Shown piece after piece: positions 48,289 through 58,732 of a stretch of 64,000 nt of DNA. Each line of letters starts with the position of its first letter. Position 1 is the first letter of the stretch. The stretch lies in the NCBI GenBank assembly GCA_965214705.1, contig CBDCCI010000001.1, positions 160,001 to 224,000 on the forward strand. The letters run 5' to 3'. Made by a program: the position numbers and the translations under genes. The DNA comes from Alphaproteobacteria bacterium. Its GTDB lineage: Bacteria; Pseudomonadota; Alphaproteobacteria; UBA828. The notes beneath the pieces were generated by a model that worked only from the letters and a program-made list of their open reading frames with translations, had not been told where the DNA came from and ran no database searches.

Positions 48289-49660
48289 GCTGTTCCGGAC
48301 CTCCACGTTCCGGCTCTCGCTCCTCTACGTCGTCCTCTTCGGCGCCTCGGTTCTGCTGCTGCTCGCCTTCATCTACTGGACCACTGTTCGCGTCATCGAC
48401 AGCCAGACCAGCGACACCATCGAGGCCGAGGTGCGCGGCCTCGCCGAGCAGTACCGGGCGCGGGGCATTCGCCAGCTGATCGCCGTCATCGGGGAGCGAA
48501 GCGGCCCCTATGGTGATCCGGACAGCGTCTACCTCCTCGCCGATCCCGGATTGCGCAAGCTCGCCGGCAATCTCAGCGCCTGGCCACGCGAGGCAGCCGG
48601 CGCCGAAGCCGGCTGGGTGGAGATTGCGGCGACGCGCGCGAGCGGTGAGGAGGCACACGGCAGCATCCGTGCCCGCACCTTCGTCCTGCCGGGCGGCTTT
48701 CGGCTGCTGGTCGGCCGCGATCCGCGCGGGCGGGCGGATTTTGAGGACCTGATCCTCGAATCCCTTGGCGGCGCGCTCGGGATCACGCTGGTCCTGGGGC
48801 TGCTCGGCGGCCTCGTCATGAGCCGGCGGATGCTGCGCCGGGTCGATGCCGTGCGCGAGACCGGCCAGCGCATCGTGCGCGGCGACCTCTCGCGGCGCAT
48901 GCCGGTCACAGGCGTGGGCGACGAGTTCGACCGCCTCTCGATCACGGTCAACGAAATGCTGGACGAGATCGAGACGCTGATGACCGGCTTGCGCACGGTG
49001 ACCGACAGTGTGGCGCACGACCTGCGTAGCCCGCTCACTCGGCTCAAGTCCAGGCTGGAGCTCGCGCTCCGAGAGGGGCCGGCGGACGAGCAGGGCCACC
49101 GCGCCGCCCTCGAACGCGCTATCACCGAGACTGACGGCATCCTGCGCACCTTCGCCACGCTGATGGAGATTGCCCGTGCCGAATCGGGCAAGACCGGCAT
49201 CGCGCTCGCGCCGATGGACCTCCGCGCCGTCGTCGCCGACATGGTCGAACTCTACGCCCCCCTCGCCGAGGAGAGGGGGCTCATCATCGACGCCGCGCTG
49301 GAGGAGACGGGAGAGGTCTCCGGCCACGGTCAGTTCCTCTCCCAACTCGTCGCCAATCTGCTCGACAACGCGCTGGACTATACACCCGAAGGCCGGATCG
49401 GGGTGAGCCTCGCGCGCGAAAGTGCGGGCGCAGTGCGGCTCACGGTGGAGGATTCCGGGCCGGGGATTCCGCCCGAGGAGCGGGAGCGCGTGCTGCAACG
49501 CTTCGTTCGCCTCGATACGAGCCGCACTGGGGGTGGCAGTGGCCTGGGGCTCAGCCTCGTCGCGGGAGTCACCACCCTGCACCGGGCGGAATTGGCGCTG
49601 GACGAGAGCCCGTTGGGGGGCCTCCGCGTAACCGTGACCCTTCCGCCGCCGGACGCATGA
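48275..49660 (+). CDS. HAMP-domain sensor histidine kinase
   Basis: Two TM segments, HAMP, H-box AHDLRSPL, NLLDNA, DSGPGI, FVRLD, GSGLGL. Confidence 0.94.
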   Translation: MTIARLFRTSTFRLSLLYVVLFGASVLLLLAFIYWTTVRVIDSQTSDTIEAEVRGLAEQYRARGIRQLIAVIGERSGPYGDPDSVYLLADPGLRKLAGNLSAWPREAAGAEAGWVEIAATRASGEEAHGSIRARTFVLPGGFRLLVGRDPRGRADFEDLILESLGGALGITLVLGLLGGLVMSRRMLRRVDAVRETGQRIVRGDLSRRMPVTGVGDEFDRLSITVNEMLDEIETLMTGLRTVTDSVAHDLRSPLTRLKSRLELALREGPADEQGHRAALERAITETDGILRTFATLMEIARAESGKTGIALAPMDLRAVVADMVELYAPLAEERGLIIDAALEETGEVSGHGQFLSQLVANLLDNALDYTPEGRIGVSLARESAGAVRLTVEDSGPGIPPEERERVLQRFVRLDTSRTGGGSGLGLSLVAGVTTLHRAELALDESPLGGLRVTVTLPPPDA

Positions 49661-49685
49661 AACGGCCGCCCGTACCGCCGCCCCG

Positions 49686-50048
49686 TTAAGCGCTCTGCAA
49701 CCGCTGGCGCAGCGCCTCGACGCGCCGCCTGTTCACGCCCGAGTCGGTTACGGCATAGAAGGCGCGCGAAGCGGAGCGGACGTGGATCACCCCTTCCGCC
49801 GGAGCGAGCTGGCACTCGAGATCGTCGACGAATCCGAGCCGCGTGCGGCAGGCGGCGTGCAGGTAGTCATCGGTCGCGGAAAGAATCTCGGTCCGTTCCA
49901 TCTCTTCCACCAGTTTCTTCAGCCAGGCAAAGGCCACAGCAGGATCCCCCGAGATGGCGAACGGCTCGACTCGGTGTCGCGGAGCCGCGTCCGCTCGGCT
50001 GCAGACGCAGATGGGTCGGAACGGGCAGGGTGCGAGTCGGTCTGCCAT
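49686..50048 (-). CDS. DUF1499 family protein (copy 2)
   Basis: LAPCP..P.CVCS, YLHAACRTRLGFVDDLE, IHVRSASR..DSGVNRRRVE. Confidence 0.85.
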   Translation of the reverse strand: MADRLAPCPFRPICVCSRADAAPRHRVEPFAISGDPAVAFAWLKKLVEEMERTEILSATDDYLHAACRTRLGFVDDLECQLAPAEGVIHVRSASRAFYAVTDSGVNRRRVEALRQRLQSA

Positions 50049-50065
50049 CGCCGAACGGGCTCCGC

Positions 50066-50422
50066 CTACTCGTTCATGTAGCGCCGACGCAGCCTCTCGA
50101 CCCGCCTCCTGTTCACGCCAAGGTCGTGCAGGCCCGAGCGTGAGGCTGAGCGGACGTGGATGACCCCCTCGTCGGGGGAGAGGCGAAACTCGACATCGTC
50201 GATGAAACCGCCACGGCTGCGGCAGAGCGCGTGGAGGTAGTCCGCCGTCTCGGCGACGATTTCCATGCGCGGGAGCTCCTCCAAAAGCGACCGCAGCCGG
50301 CCGATCACCGCCACCGGATCGCCCAAGAGGACGAAGGGCTCGACGCGATGAATGCGCGACGCGTCGCGTCTGCTACAGACGCAGTTCCGCCAGCGCCGGC
50401 AAGGGGCAAGCGGTTCGTTCAT
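50066..50422 (-). CDS. DUF1499 family protein (copy 1)
   Basis: Start MNEPLAPC at 50422; NCVCS, GFIDDVEF, IHVRSASRSGLHDLGVNRRRVE. Confidence 0.85.
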   Translation of the reverse strand: MNEPLAPCRRWRNCVCSRRDASRIHRVEPFVLLGDPVAVIGRLRSLLEELPRMEIVAETADYLHALCRSRGGFIDDVEFRLSPDEGVIHVRSASRSGLHDLGVNRRRVERLRRRYMNE

Positions 50423-50543
50423 CGCACCATCATGGAGAAGAGTTAATGCAGCGTCCATCGTGACGACAGCTTGCCCTGCCATAGATAACCGGCGGCCTGC
50501 CATCGGCCGCTGCGGACAAATGGCAACGGCAAGTGAGGAAACG

Positions 50544-52067
50544 ATGAGCACGCTTTCACCGCAACGCAAACGGACGGTCATCGTCGCGGCTCTGGCGGGC
50601 CTCGGCATGATTGCGCTGGCCGGCGGCGGCCTGGCCAGCTCGCTCAAGACGGCCACGGCGGTCACGCCGCCGACGCCGGTGGATCAGATGCTGGTGGCGC
50701 CCAGCCTCGCCGGCGTGGTGGAGGCGGTAAGCCCGGCGGTGGTCTCGATCGAGGTCATGCACAAGGCCCGGCCCGCGTTCACCTCCCAGCAATGGCACGG
50801 CCGCGATTTGCCCGAGCATTTCAAGCGCTTCTTCGGCGATGACTTCGCCGAACGCTTCGGCTTCACGCCGGACTTCGGGCCCGGCCCCATAAGGCCGCGG
50901 GGCGGCATCGGCTCGGGTTTCGTCGTGGACGCCGACGGCTACATCGTGACCAGCAATCACGTGATCGCGGGCGCCGAGACCGTGACCGTGATCCTCGATG
51001 ACGGCACCCGGCTCGACGCCGAAATCGTTGGCGGCGACAAGCGGACCGATCTCGCCCTGCTCAAGGTGGAGAGCGGCGAGCCGCTGCCCACCGTGAATTT
51101 TGCGGCGGACGACAGCACCCGCGTCGGCGATTGGGTGGTCGCCATCGGCAACCCCTTCGGCGTGGGCAAGACCGCCACCTTCGGCATCGTCTCCGCACGC
51201 GCCCGTGGGACCGGCATGAACCCCTACGAGGACCATCTGCAAATCGATGCGCCGATCAACAGCGGCAACTCGGGCGGCCCCACGGTCAACCTGCACGGCG
51301 AGGTCATCGGGGTGAACACCTCCATCGTCTCGCCCTCGGGCGGCAACGTGGGAATCGGCTTCGCGGTCCCCGCTGCCACGGCCACGACGGTGATCGACGA
51401 CCTCATGGCCCACGGCCGGGTCATGCGCGGCTGGCTCGGCGTCCACATCCAGCCCGTGACCGAAGACATCGCGGCGAGCCTCGGGCTGGAGGGCACCGAG
51501 GGCGCCATCGTCGCCCGCGTCCAGCCGGAAAGCCCGGCCGAGGCGGCAGGGCTTGAGCAGGGCGATGTCATCACCGCCGTGGATCAGGTACCGGTCAACG
51601 ACACGCGGACACTCTCGCAGACCATTGCCGCCATCGACGCCGGAACCCCCGCCGCGCTCACCGTCTGGCGCGACGGTCAGTTTATCGAGCTCACGGCGGC
51701 GATCGCCAACGCGGCGCCAGCGAAGGAGGCCAGCGCAGACGTGTCAGGCACGGACGAGGCCGGTCGCCTCGACACCTTTGGTCTTCGCCTGGAGAACGTC
51801 GATTCCCAGCCCGGCGACGGTACTGACATGGAAGGCGGGTCGGGAGCCGTGGTCGTTGCCGGCGTGGCGCCGGGGAGCACCGCCCATCGCAAGGGCGTTC
51901 GCCCCGGTGACACGATCGTCAGTGTCGACAAGGAGCCCGTGGGCTCGATCGCGGAGGTAGACGAGCGCATCGAGGCCGCCCAGGGTGACGGGCGCGAGGC
52001 CGTCCTCATGCTGATGAGCCGGGACGGAAGCGAGCACTTCGTCGCTTTTCCCTTTGCCACTTCCTGA
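50544..52067 (+). CDS. degP: DegP/HtrA (Do family) serine protease with two PDZ domains
   Basis: N-terminal TM/signal; GSGF, TSNHV, TDLALLK, QIDAPINSGNSGGP, RGWLGV. Confidence 0.9.
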   Translation: MSTLSPQRKRTVIVAALAGLGMIALAGGGLASSLKTATAVTPPTPVDQMLVAPSLAGVVEAVSPAVVSIEVMHKARPAFTSQQWHGRDLPEHFKRFFGDDFAERFGFTPDFGPGPIRPRGGIGSGFVVDADGYIVTSNHVIAGAETVTVILDDGTRLDAEIVGGDKRTDLALLKVESGEPLPTVNFAADDSTRVGDWVVAIGNPFGVGKTATFGIVSARARGTGMNPYEDHLQIDAPINSGNSGGPTVNLHGEVIGVNTSIVSPSGGNVGIGFAVPAATATTVIDDLMAHGRVMRGWLGVHIQPVTEDIAASLGLEGTEGAIVARVQPESPAEAAGLEQGDVITAVDQVPVNDTRTLSQTIAAIDAGTPAALTVWRDGQFIELTAAIANAAPAKEASADVSGTDEAGRLDTFGLRLENVDSQPGDGTDMEGGSGAVVVAGVAPGSTAHRKGVRPGDTIVSVDKEPVGSIAEVDERIEAAQGDGREAVLMLMSRDGSEHFVAFPFATS

Positions 52068-52102
52068 GGTTCGCTTCGTCACCTCTTGAGGTGGGGCGGG
52101 AA

Positions 52103-52134
52103 GGGCCGGCGTTCCCAGACCGGGGCGCCGGCCC
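52103..52134. terminator. GC-rich hairpin between convergent degP and asmA-like genes
   Basis: GGGCCGGCGTTCC-CAGACC-GGGGCGCCGGCCC. Confidence 0.45.
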
Positions 52135-55100
52135 CTACTCGTCGAGCGACTCCAGCAGGTCGTCGACGAAGTCCTGGAAGCCCTCGTCCGGGTCAGGCTC
52201 GGACTCCTTCACATCCCGCTCGGGCCCGGGCTCCTTCAACGGATCGTCGACGGCGTCCTGGAGGTCCGCGTCTTGGTCAGGGTCGGGCTCCCTCAACACA
52301 TCGTCGACGAAGTCCTGCAGGGTCTCGGCCCGGTAGCGCTCAGGCGCCGACGGGGGTTCGGGCACCGCCCCGTCGGAGGGAGGCGCGGGCTCCGACTCGT
52401 CGGGCGAAGGCACCGCCGCAGGCTGCTCCAGGTCTTCAGTTTCCAGCAGCACTTCTTGCTGTTCCACCTGTTCCGGGTCCACCGGCTTTTCTGCCCGACC
52501 GGCGTCAAGCGGTTCTTCTACCACCACGGAACTGGACGGTACGTCGTCCAGCGACAGTAAAGCACTTCCCGCGTCGTCCTGGTTGGGAACCTGAATCGCT
52601 TTGTCTGTCTCGTCCGCTCTCGCGCGCGCTTCCACCGGCTCCTCGACCGTTTCGGCGTTCTCCGCCTCGTCGGGATCGCCGAGCACGTTGCGGAGCAGCG
52701 TGTCCATCTCCGTGCCCGGCTCCGCCTTCGCACCCTTGCGCAGCGTGATCTTGGGCGCGTCGGGCGAGCCAGCGAGCGAGAGTAGGCCAAGCTTGACCAG
52801 ATGAACCTGCATCTCCTCGATCATATAGCGGCGTTCGGGTCGGTCGATCGGCCCTTCAAGCCGCACGCCGACCGGCGGGGCCTCGGCGTGCTCGGCGAGG
52901 TGGAACAGCGCCGTGAGGTCGAGCTGCCACGCCGGCAGGTCGGCGGTGCCGTTGATGGTACCGACGCCCCCGTCGGTGACGATCTCGAAGCCGTCGATGC
53001 GCGCCTGGCCGTTCTGAACCCGCACGATGCCATCGAGGGAGTGGATCGCCGTTTGCCCGCTCGAAAGGCTCTGCTCCGCCTGGTCGACGAAGCTCACGAT
53101 GTCATCGAGCGCATCCGCCTCGGAGAGCGCGGCGATCTGGCGGCTGATCGCGGGCACGTCCACACCCTCGACGGCGCCCTCGTCGGAGGTGATGGCGACA
53201 CGGCCGGCGAGACTCTCGACCATCTCGCGCTCCGTTTGCCCGCGCAGGGTGAAGTACCCGTCGATCGTGGCCTTGCCGGAGACCGCACGGCCGCCTGCTG
53301 TCTCCCGCAGAATGGCGCCGATGTTCGCGTCGTTGAGCTGGACCGCCGCTTGTCCGGCCGGCACCGGCGCTCCTGCGAGGCTGCCGTCGGCCCGCAGCGC
53401 GCCTCCGAAGAGCCGCCCGCCGAGCGAGCGCAGCGTCAGCGTTCCCTCGCCCGCCGCGATGTCGATATCGGCTTGCTCAATGCGGTAGGGGCCGAGAACG
53501 AGCGCCTCGGCAGCCAGCGTCAGCGTGCCGGAGAGCCGCTCGAGGAGCGCAAGGTCGATCGGCTCATCGGACCAACGATCGGAATACGGTTCTGTGACTT
53601 CGATACCGGTCCCCGCGTTGCCGTCCGCTGCCGCGACGCCGCCGCCGATCCAGGCGAGGTCGAGTGCGCCCGCGCGCAGGTCTGCGCTGAACGCCGGTGG
53701 ATTCTGGTCCAGACGGAGGAAAATATCGCCAGCCAGCGTGCTTTCGCCGATGGCGGCGTCGATGCCGGCGAGGTTGGCCACCATCCGATCCCCTGAAACC
53801 TTGCCGACGAGGCGGACAGGGCCAAGAGCGGCGCCTGCCGGCGCTTCGCCGATCACGGTCTCGACCAGAGCCTCGCCGTTGGGATGAGCGAGATCGACGT
53901 CGACGCTGTAACCAGGCGAGGTCAGCATCTCCGTGACCTTGCCGGAGGCCGTCACCGTGGCGCCGGCGACCTCGGCGCTCAGATTGACCGCAATCGAGTT
54001 GAGATTACCGCCGATCCCGCCGTCGATGGACAACGCGCCCAGCCGCTCGACAGGAGCTGGCGGCGTGAGTCCGGCAGTACGGGCAAGGGCCGCAGCATCC
54101 GATGCGCGGAGGCTGAGCGCGAGGGCGCCGGCGGGCGCGCCGAACGGATCGTCGATGGTACCCTCAAGAGTTGCCTCCGCAGTTCCAGCCGCGAGGGTGA
54201 AATCGAGCGACAGCGCATCCTCACCGCCCTTGAGAAAGCCCTGCAACGCGAACTTGCCGAACGCCTGAGTGCGAATTTCGGGGTCGATGTCGAGAAACGC
54301 GACGACGCCTTCGAGGGAGTCGGCCGTGCTCTCCACCGCGAGATCGACGGTCGGTGCCAACCAGACCGTGCGCGCGCCGCCGCTTACCGAGACGCTGGCA
54401 CCCGCAACGTCCGCCACCTGCGCCCGGCGCAGGGTGAGGTTGCCGTCGTCGTGGGTGGCGTCGAGCTCCAGACCGGCCACGCGTACGCCGTCATAGATGA
54501 GCGCATCCATCTTGAGTGCGACATCGGCGTCGATATCGGCCAGCCCCGCCCACGCGTCTTCGCTTGCGGTCTCGGGTGCGGGCCTCGCCGTCTCCTCGGA
54601 ACCGGCACCCGTCTCGCCGGCGGGGGGCAAGTAGGCATCCACGTTGACCGTGTTGACCGCGAGGGCGGCGGTGATGCGGGGACGCTCGTCCGCTGTGATG
54701 GTCGCATTGCCGGCAATCCGCGTGGTATCGATCCTGACGTCGAGGTTGGTCGTCGACAGCCGATTGCCGATGGCGGAGAGGTCGGCGCTTGCATTGAGGC
54801 GACGGAGTCGGTCCGCCGGGACATCGCCCACGTCCACAGAAAGCCAGGAGAGGATGGCGCGCAGATCGTCGGCTGCGATCTCCACCACGCCCTGCAGCCA
54901 GGGGCGGTCGCCGCCCTGCGTCAGTCGGCCGGCGAACCGGACGTCGGCACCACCGGGCAGCAGGGCCGAGGCCGGTTGGAGCGTGACGACACCGTCGTTC
55001 AGTACAAGTCTAGTCCGGGCCTGACGGATGACGCCGTCGCGCCAGGTGAGGGTGCCGATCTTGAGATCGATCGTCGCCGCCACGTCTGCGGGAATGACCT

Positions 55101-56199
55101 GTCGAACGTTATTGGAGATCGTCTGCAGCGGGACCAAAGCCGCCTCGTCGCCCGGCTGCCCTGCGTCGCCTACTTCTTCGGCGGGCAGGAAGCGATCGAG
55201 GTCGATCCGATTGAGATCGATGTCGGCGTCCAACTGCGGCACATCGCCGCCGCGCCAGGAGAGTGCGCCGGTCGCCTGGCTTTCGCCCAACCGCACCTGG
55301 AGCTCGTCTGCGGCGATCGCCTCGCCGCTCACGCTGAGGGCTCCCCTGGCATCGAATTCGGCGGCAAGCGGTGCTGCAGGCAGCGCACCAAGATCGACGG
55401 CGAGCGCGCCGAGCAAGGCGCCGAGATCGGCCGCCTCGATCCGCACGTTGCCGTCGAATGCCGGCGTCTCGCCATCGCCGCGCACGATGCCCTCCAACCG
55501 CGCGCGGCCCCGCTCGCCGCCAAAGATCGCTTCGACCGAGATCGGCATGGTGCCGTCGTCGCGCAGGGTGCTCGTCGCGAGTTGGAACGCGACCGGCCGA
55601 CCGCGCACGGCAAACGCACCGTCTCCACGGAAGGGTCCGTCCAGCGAGCGGGCGGAGAGCGTCGCGTCGATTCCCTCGATCCGCTCCGACGGCCGGCCGT
55701 CGGCGTGGTGATAGACGATCGTGCCGTTCGTGATCGTCGCGGAGTCGAGCCTGGTCAGCTCCAGCCCGGCCTCTGGTCCCCCCGCGGCACCCTCCCCTGT
55801 CGCCGGTGCCGGCACGCCCTCGAAGAGCCAGTTGGGGCTGCCATCGGGGAGACGCTGGAGCTCGATGACCGGCTCCACCATCTCAAGGCCGGTGACGGCA
55901 ATCTCGCCGCCGAGAAGCGGCCCCAGTGCAAGCCGGAGTTTGAGAGACCCGATCCGTGCCATATCGGGGTTGGCCGCGCCGGGTACGTTGGCAAGGCGCA
56001 GGTCTGTCGCTTCGATCTTGGGCGTGGGCAGGATGGAGACCTTGAGCGGTCCGTCAATCGCAAGTGTGCGACCGGTAATGGCCTCGAGGCGCTCGGTGAT
56101 CTCGGGCTTGAACCCCTCCCAATCGAGGAACGACGGCACGAGAAAGAGGGCGGCGACGGCGAGGGCCAGAAGGACGACGATGCCGTAAACGAATTTCAC
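52135..56199 (-). CDS. AsmA-like family protein (1354 aa)
   Basis: N-terminal TM, PSFLDWE.FK..I..R...TGR.L.IDG, long beta-rich body, LEGPIDRP, acidic tail. Confidence 0.87.
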   Translation of the reverse strand: MKFVYGIVVLLALAVAALFLVPSFLDWEGFKPEITERLEAITGRTLAIDGPLKVSILPTPKIEATDLRLANVPGAANPDMARIGSLKLRLALGPLLGGEIAVTGLEMVEPVIELQRLPDGSPNWLFEGVPAPATGEGAAGGPEAGLELTRLDSATITNGTIVYHHADGRPSERIEGIDATLSARSLDGPFRGDGAFAVRGRPVAFQLATSTLRDDGTMPISVEAIFGGERGRARLEGIVRGDGETPAFDGNVRIEAADLGALLGALAVDLGALPAAPLAAEFDARGALSVSGEAIAADELQVRLGESQATGALSWRGGDVPQLDADIDLNRIDLDRFLPAEEVGDAGQPGDEAALVPLQTISNNVRQVIPADVAATIDLKIGTLTWRDGVIRQARTRLVLNDGVVTLQPASALLPGGADVRFAGRLTQGGDRPWLQGVVEIAADDLRAILSWLSVDVGDVPADRLRRLNASADLSAIGNRLSTTNLDVRIDTTRIAGNATITADERPRITAALAVNTVNVDAYLPPAGETGAGSEETARPAPETASEDAWAGLADIDADVALKMDALIYDGVRVAGLELDATHDDGNLTLRRAQVADVAGASVSVSGGARTVWLAPTVDLAVESTADSLEGVVAFLDIDPEIRTQAFGKFALQGFLKGGEDALSLDFTLAAGTAEATLEGTIDDPFGAPAGALALSLRASDAAALARTAGLTPPAPVERLGALSIDGGIGGNLNSIAVNLSAEVAGATVTASGKVTEMLTSPGYSVDVDLAHPNGEALVETVIGEAPAGAALGPVRLVGKVSGDRMVANLAGIDAAIGESTLAGDIFLRLDQNPPAFSADLRAGALDLAWIGGGVAAADGNAGTGIEVTEPYSDRWSDEPIDLALLERLSGTLTLAAEALVLGPYRIEQADIDIAAGEGTLTLRSLGGRLFGGALRADGSLAGAPVPAGQAAVQLNDANIGAILRETAGGRAVSGKATIDGYFTLRGQTEREMVESLAGRVAITSDEGAVEGVDVPAISRQIAALSEADALDDIVSFVDQAEQSLSSGQTAIHSLDGIVRVQNGQARIDGFEIVTDGGVGTINGTADLPAWQLDLTALFHLAEHAEAPPVGVRLEGPIDRPERRYMIEEMQVHLVKLGLLSLAGSPDAPKITLRKGAKAEPGTEMDTLLRNVLGDPDEAENAETVEEPVEARARADETDKAIQVPNQDDAGSALLSLDDVPSSSVVVEEPLDAGRAEKPVDPEQVEQQEVLLETEDLEQPAAVPSPDESEPAPPSDGAVPEPPSAPERYRAETLQDFVDDVLREPDPDQDADLQDAVDDPLKEPGPERDVKESEPDPDEGFQDFVDDLLESLDE

Positions 56200-56383
56200 C
56201 GTTGTCCATGCCTCGGGGCGGGAAGGACGGGCACTCTGCCCGAGCGGTGCCGGCCCGGTCGACTCCGGTTAACAGCCCGATTCATTTCGTCTAGGCTTGC
56301 CTCTTGATCGGACGGGTCTGATCGGATGGGAGGCCCCGCGTTTCTTAGACCACGTTTGCCGGCGTACCGAAAGGCCTTTGGTC

Positions 56384-56605
56384 ATGGGCGATGTCGTCAA
56401 CCTGAACCAGTTCCGCAAGAAGCGCGACAGGGCGGCGAGGGCGCAACAACGCGCGGCGAACCGTGCGCGGACGGGGCGCACCAAGGCAGAGAGGCAAGCA
56501 ACGCAGGCCGAGGCAGTGCGCGGCGACGACCTGCTGGACGGCAAGCGAATCGATCATGAGGCCGACGAGTCCGAGGGCGATAGACTGGGCCCAAAGGTCG
56601 ATTGA
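56384..56605 (+). CDS. DUF4169 family protein
   Basis: MGDVVNLNQFRKKR..AANRARTGRTKAER..LDGKR. Confidence 0.85.
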   Translation: MGDVVNLNQFRKKRDRAARAQQRAANRARTGRTKAERQATQAEAVRGDDLLDGKRIDHEADESEGDRLGPKVD

Positions 56606-56643
56606 GCGACGCGTCGGGAAGCATTCAGGCGGTGCCCGGTAGA

Positions 56644-57150
56644 ATGAGGCGAGGGAGTGTCGTGTTGGCGGGGCTGATCGGGGCGGCGCTCGCGCTCGCG
56701 TCGCCCAGTGTGCACGCCGCATGCACCGATACGCCGCAGCCCGGCGTGGACTGGCGGCGCTGCCTTCTCGACAACCGGAATTTTGTCGACGTCGACCTAG
56801 CCGGAGCCACACTCCGCGACGGATTTTTTGCGCGCTCGGACCTTACGCGAGCCGACTTCAGTGCCGTTGACGGCCGGCGCGCCAAGTTCACCGGCGCCGT
56901 CCTGGTGGATACGCACTGGGCCGGCGCGCGCCTGATCGGCACCGATTTCACCAAGTCGGATCTTTCCGGCGCCTCGTTCGAAGGCGCCGATCTCCGCAAC
57001 GCCCACTTCTTCCGCGCCGACCTGCGCGGTGCCAATTTTACCGGCGCCCGGCTAGACGGTACCGATTTTCTCAAGGCGGACCTCAGCGGCGCGACTTGGA
57101 TCGACGGCAACAAGGTGTGCGCGGAGGGCTCCAGCGGCCAATGCAACTGA
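56644..57150 (+). CDS. Exported pentapeptide-repeat protein
   Basis: Signal peptide, Cys caps (ACTD..WRRC; CAEGSSGQC), A(D/N)LxG repeats. Confidence 0.88.
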   Translation: MRRGSVVLAGLIGAALALASPSVHAACTDTPQPGVDWRRCLLDNRNFVDVDLAGATLRDGFFARSDLTRADFSAVDGRRAKFTGAVLVDTHWAGARLIGTDFTKSDLSGASFEGADLRNAHFFRADLRGANFTGARLDGTDFLKADLSGATWIDGNKVCAEGSSGQCN

Positions 57151-57863
57151 CCGACGGCGCGCGCACGGCGCCCAACGGCGCCGACCTCGCTCACATCGAT
57201 ACCTGGATATTCGACCTCGACAACACCCTCTATCCGTCGAGCTCGCACCTCTTCGATCAGGTGAGCCAACGCATCGGTGACTTCATCGCCACCGCCTTCG
57301 ATGTCGATCGGGAGGAGGCCCACAGACTGCAGAAGGGCTACTTCCGCGAATACGGCACCACGCTGCGCGGCCTCATGCTCAAGCACGACATGGACCCCGC
57401 ACCCTTTCTCGACTACGTGCACGACATCGATCTCTCGCCCATTGCGCCGAGCGATACCCTGGAGGAAGCGCTGGGCCGGCTGCCCGGTCGCAAGCTGGTC
57501 TTCACCAACGCCGATGCGCCGTACGCCAAGCGGGTAATGGCGCGGCTTGGGATCGGACACCACTTCAGCGAGATCTACGACATCGAGGCCGCTGACTGGG
57601 TGCCGAAGCCGTTTCCCGAAGCCTATGATCGGCTTGCGGACGTGCTCGACGTGGAGCCGACGCGGGCCATCTTCTTCGAGGACATTCTGCGCAACCTGGC
57701 GCCCGCCGCCGCTCTCGGCATGGCCACCGTCTGGGTGCGTAACGACAGCGCCTGGGCGTCGTCCGGCAATGAGCACATCACGCCCGACTACGTGATCGAC
57801 GATCTTCCCGCCTGGCTCGCCGCGCTTCCAGCGCCGCCGGAGGCAGACGGCACCGGCGGTTGA
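57141..57863 (+). CDS. Pyrimidine 5'-nucleotidase (HAD family)
   Basis: [42 protein letters not shown]. Confidence 0.9.
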   Translation: MQLTDGARTAPNGADLAHIDTWIFDLDNTLYPSSSHLFDQVSQRIGDFIATAFDVDREEAHRLQKGYFREYGTTLRGLMLKHDMDPAPFLDYVHDIDLSPIAPSDTLEEALGRLPGRKLVFTNADAPYAKRVMARLGIGHHFSEIYDIEAADWVPKPFPEAYDRLADVLDVEPTRAIFFEDILRNLAPAAALGMATVWVRNDSAWASSGNEHITPDYVIDDLPAWLAALPAPPEADGTGG

Positions 57864-57886
57864 AGCACGAAACGAGGGAGAGGCCC

Positions 57887-58732
57887 GTGAACTTAGTAGA
57901 CCTGGAGCGCGCGGTGGAAGCCGCCTGGGAGCAGCGCGACACGCTCTCGCCCGCGAGCGGCGGTGCCGCGGCGGAGGCGGTGGAGACCGCACTCGCCCTG
58001 CTCGATGCCGGCGAGGCGCGCGTCGCCGTGAAGCAGGGCGATACCTGGGTCGTCAGCCAGTGGCTCAAGAAGGCGGTGCTGCTCTCCTTCCGGCTCAACG
58101 ACATGGCGACGATTCAAGGGGGGCCGGGCGCCGATACGTCCTGGTACGACAAGGTGCCGTCAAAGTTCGCGGGTTGGGACGAGGCGCGCTTCCAGGAGGC
58201 CGGCTTCCGCGCAGTTCCCGGCGCCATCGTGCGGCGCTCAGCCTACGTTGCGCCGGGCGTGGTGCTGATGCCCTCCTTCGTCAACATCGGCGCCTACGTG
58301 GACAGCGGCACCATGGTCGACACCTGGGCCACGGTGGGGAGCTGCGCGCAGATCGGCAAGAACTGCCACATTTCCGGGGGCGCCGGGATCGGCGGCGTGC
58401 TGGAGCCGCTCCAGGCCAACCCGGTGATCATCGAGGACGACTGCTTCGTCGGCGCGCGCAGTGAGGTGGCCGAAGGCGTCATCGTCGAACAGGGCGCGGT
58501 GCTGGCGATGGGCGTCTACGTCGGCGCATCCACGCGGGTGATCGACCGCGAGACCGGCGAGGTCCACCGTGGGCACATTCCGTCTTATTCCGTCGTCGTG
58601 CCGGGCTCGATTCCGGGCAAGGCGTTGGCGGACGGCTCGCCCGGCCCCAGCCTCTACTGCGCAGTGATCGTCAAGCGGGTGGACGCGGGCACGCGGGCCA
58701 AGACCTCGATCAACGAGCTGCTCCGCAATTGA
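57887..58732 (+). CDS. dapD: Tetrahydrodipicolinate N-succinyltransferase
   Basis: [58 protein letters not shown]. Confidence 0.97.
   Translation: MNLVDLERAVEAAWEQRDTLSPASGGAAAEAVETALALLDAGEARVAVKQGDTWVVSQWLKKAVLLSFRLNDMATIQGGPGADTSWYDKVPSKFAGWDEARFQEAGFRAVPGAIVRRSAYVAPGVVLMPSFVNIGAYVDSGTMVDTWATVGSCAQIGKNCHISGGAGIGGVLEPLQANPVIIEDDCFVGARSEVAEGVIVEQGAVLAMGVYVGASTRVIDRETGEVHRGHIPSYSVVVPGSIPGKALADGSPGPSLYCAVIVKRVDAGTRAKTSINELLRN

Noticed and set aside
56780-57100. Short-period DNA repeats suggesting an array
   Set aside because: Explained by pentapeptide-repeat coding sequence; not a CRISPR or other non-coding array.
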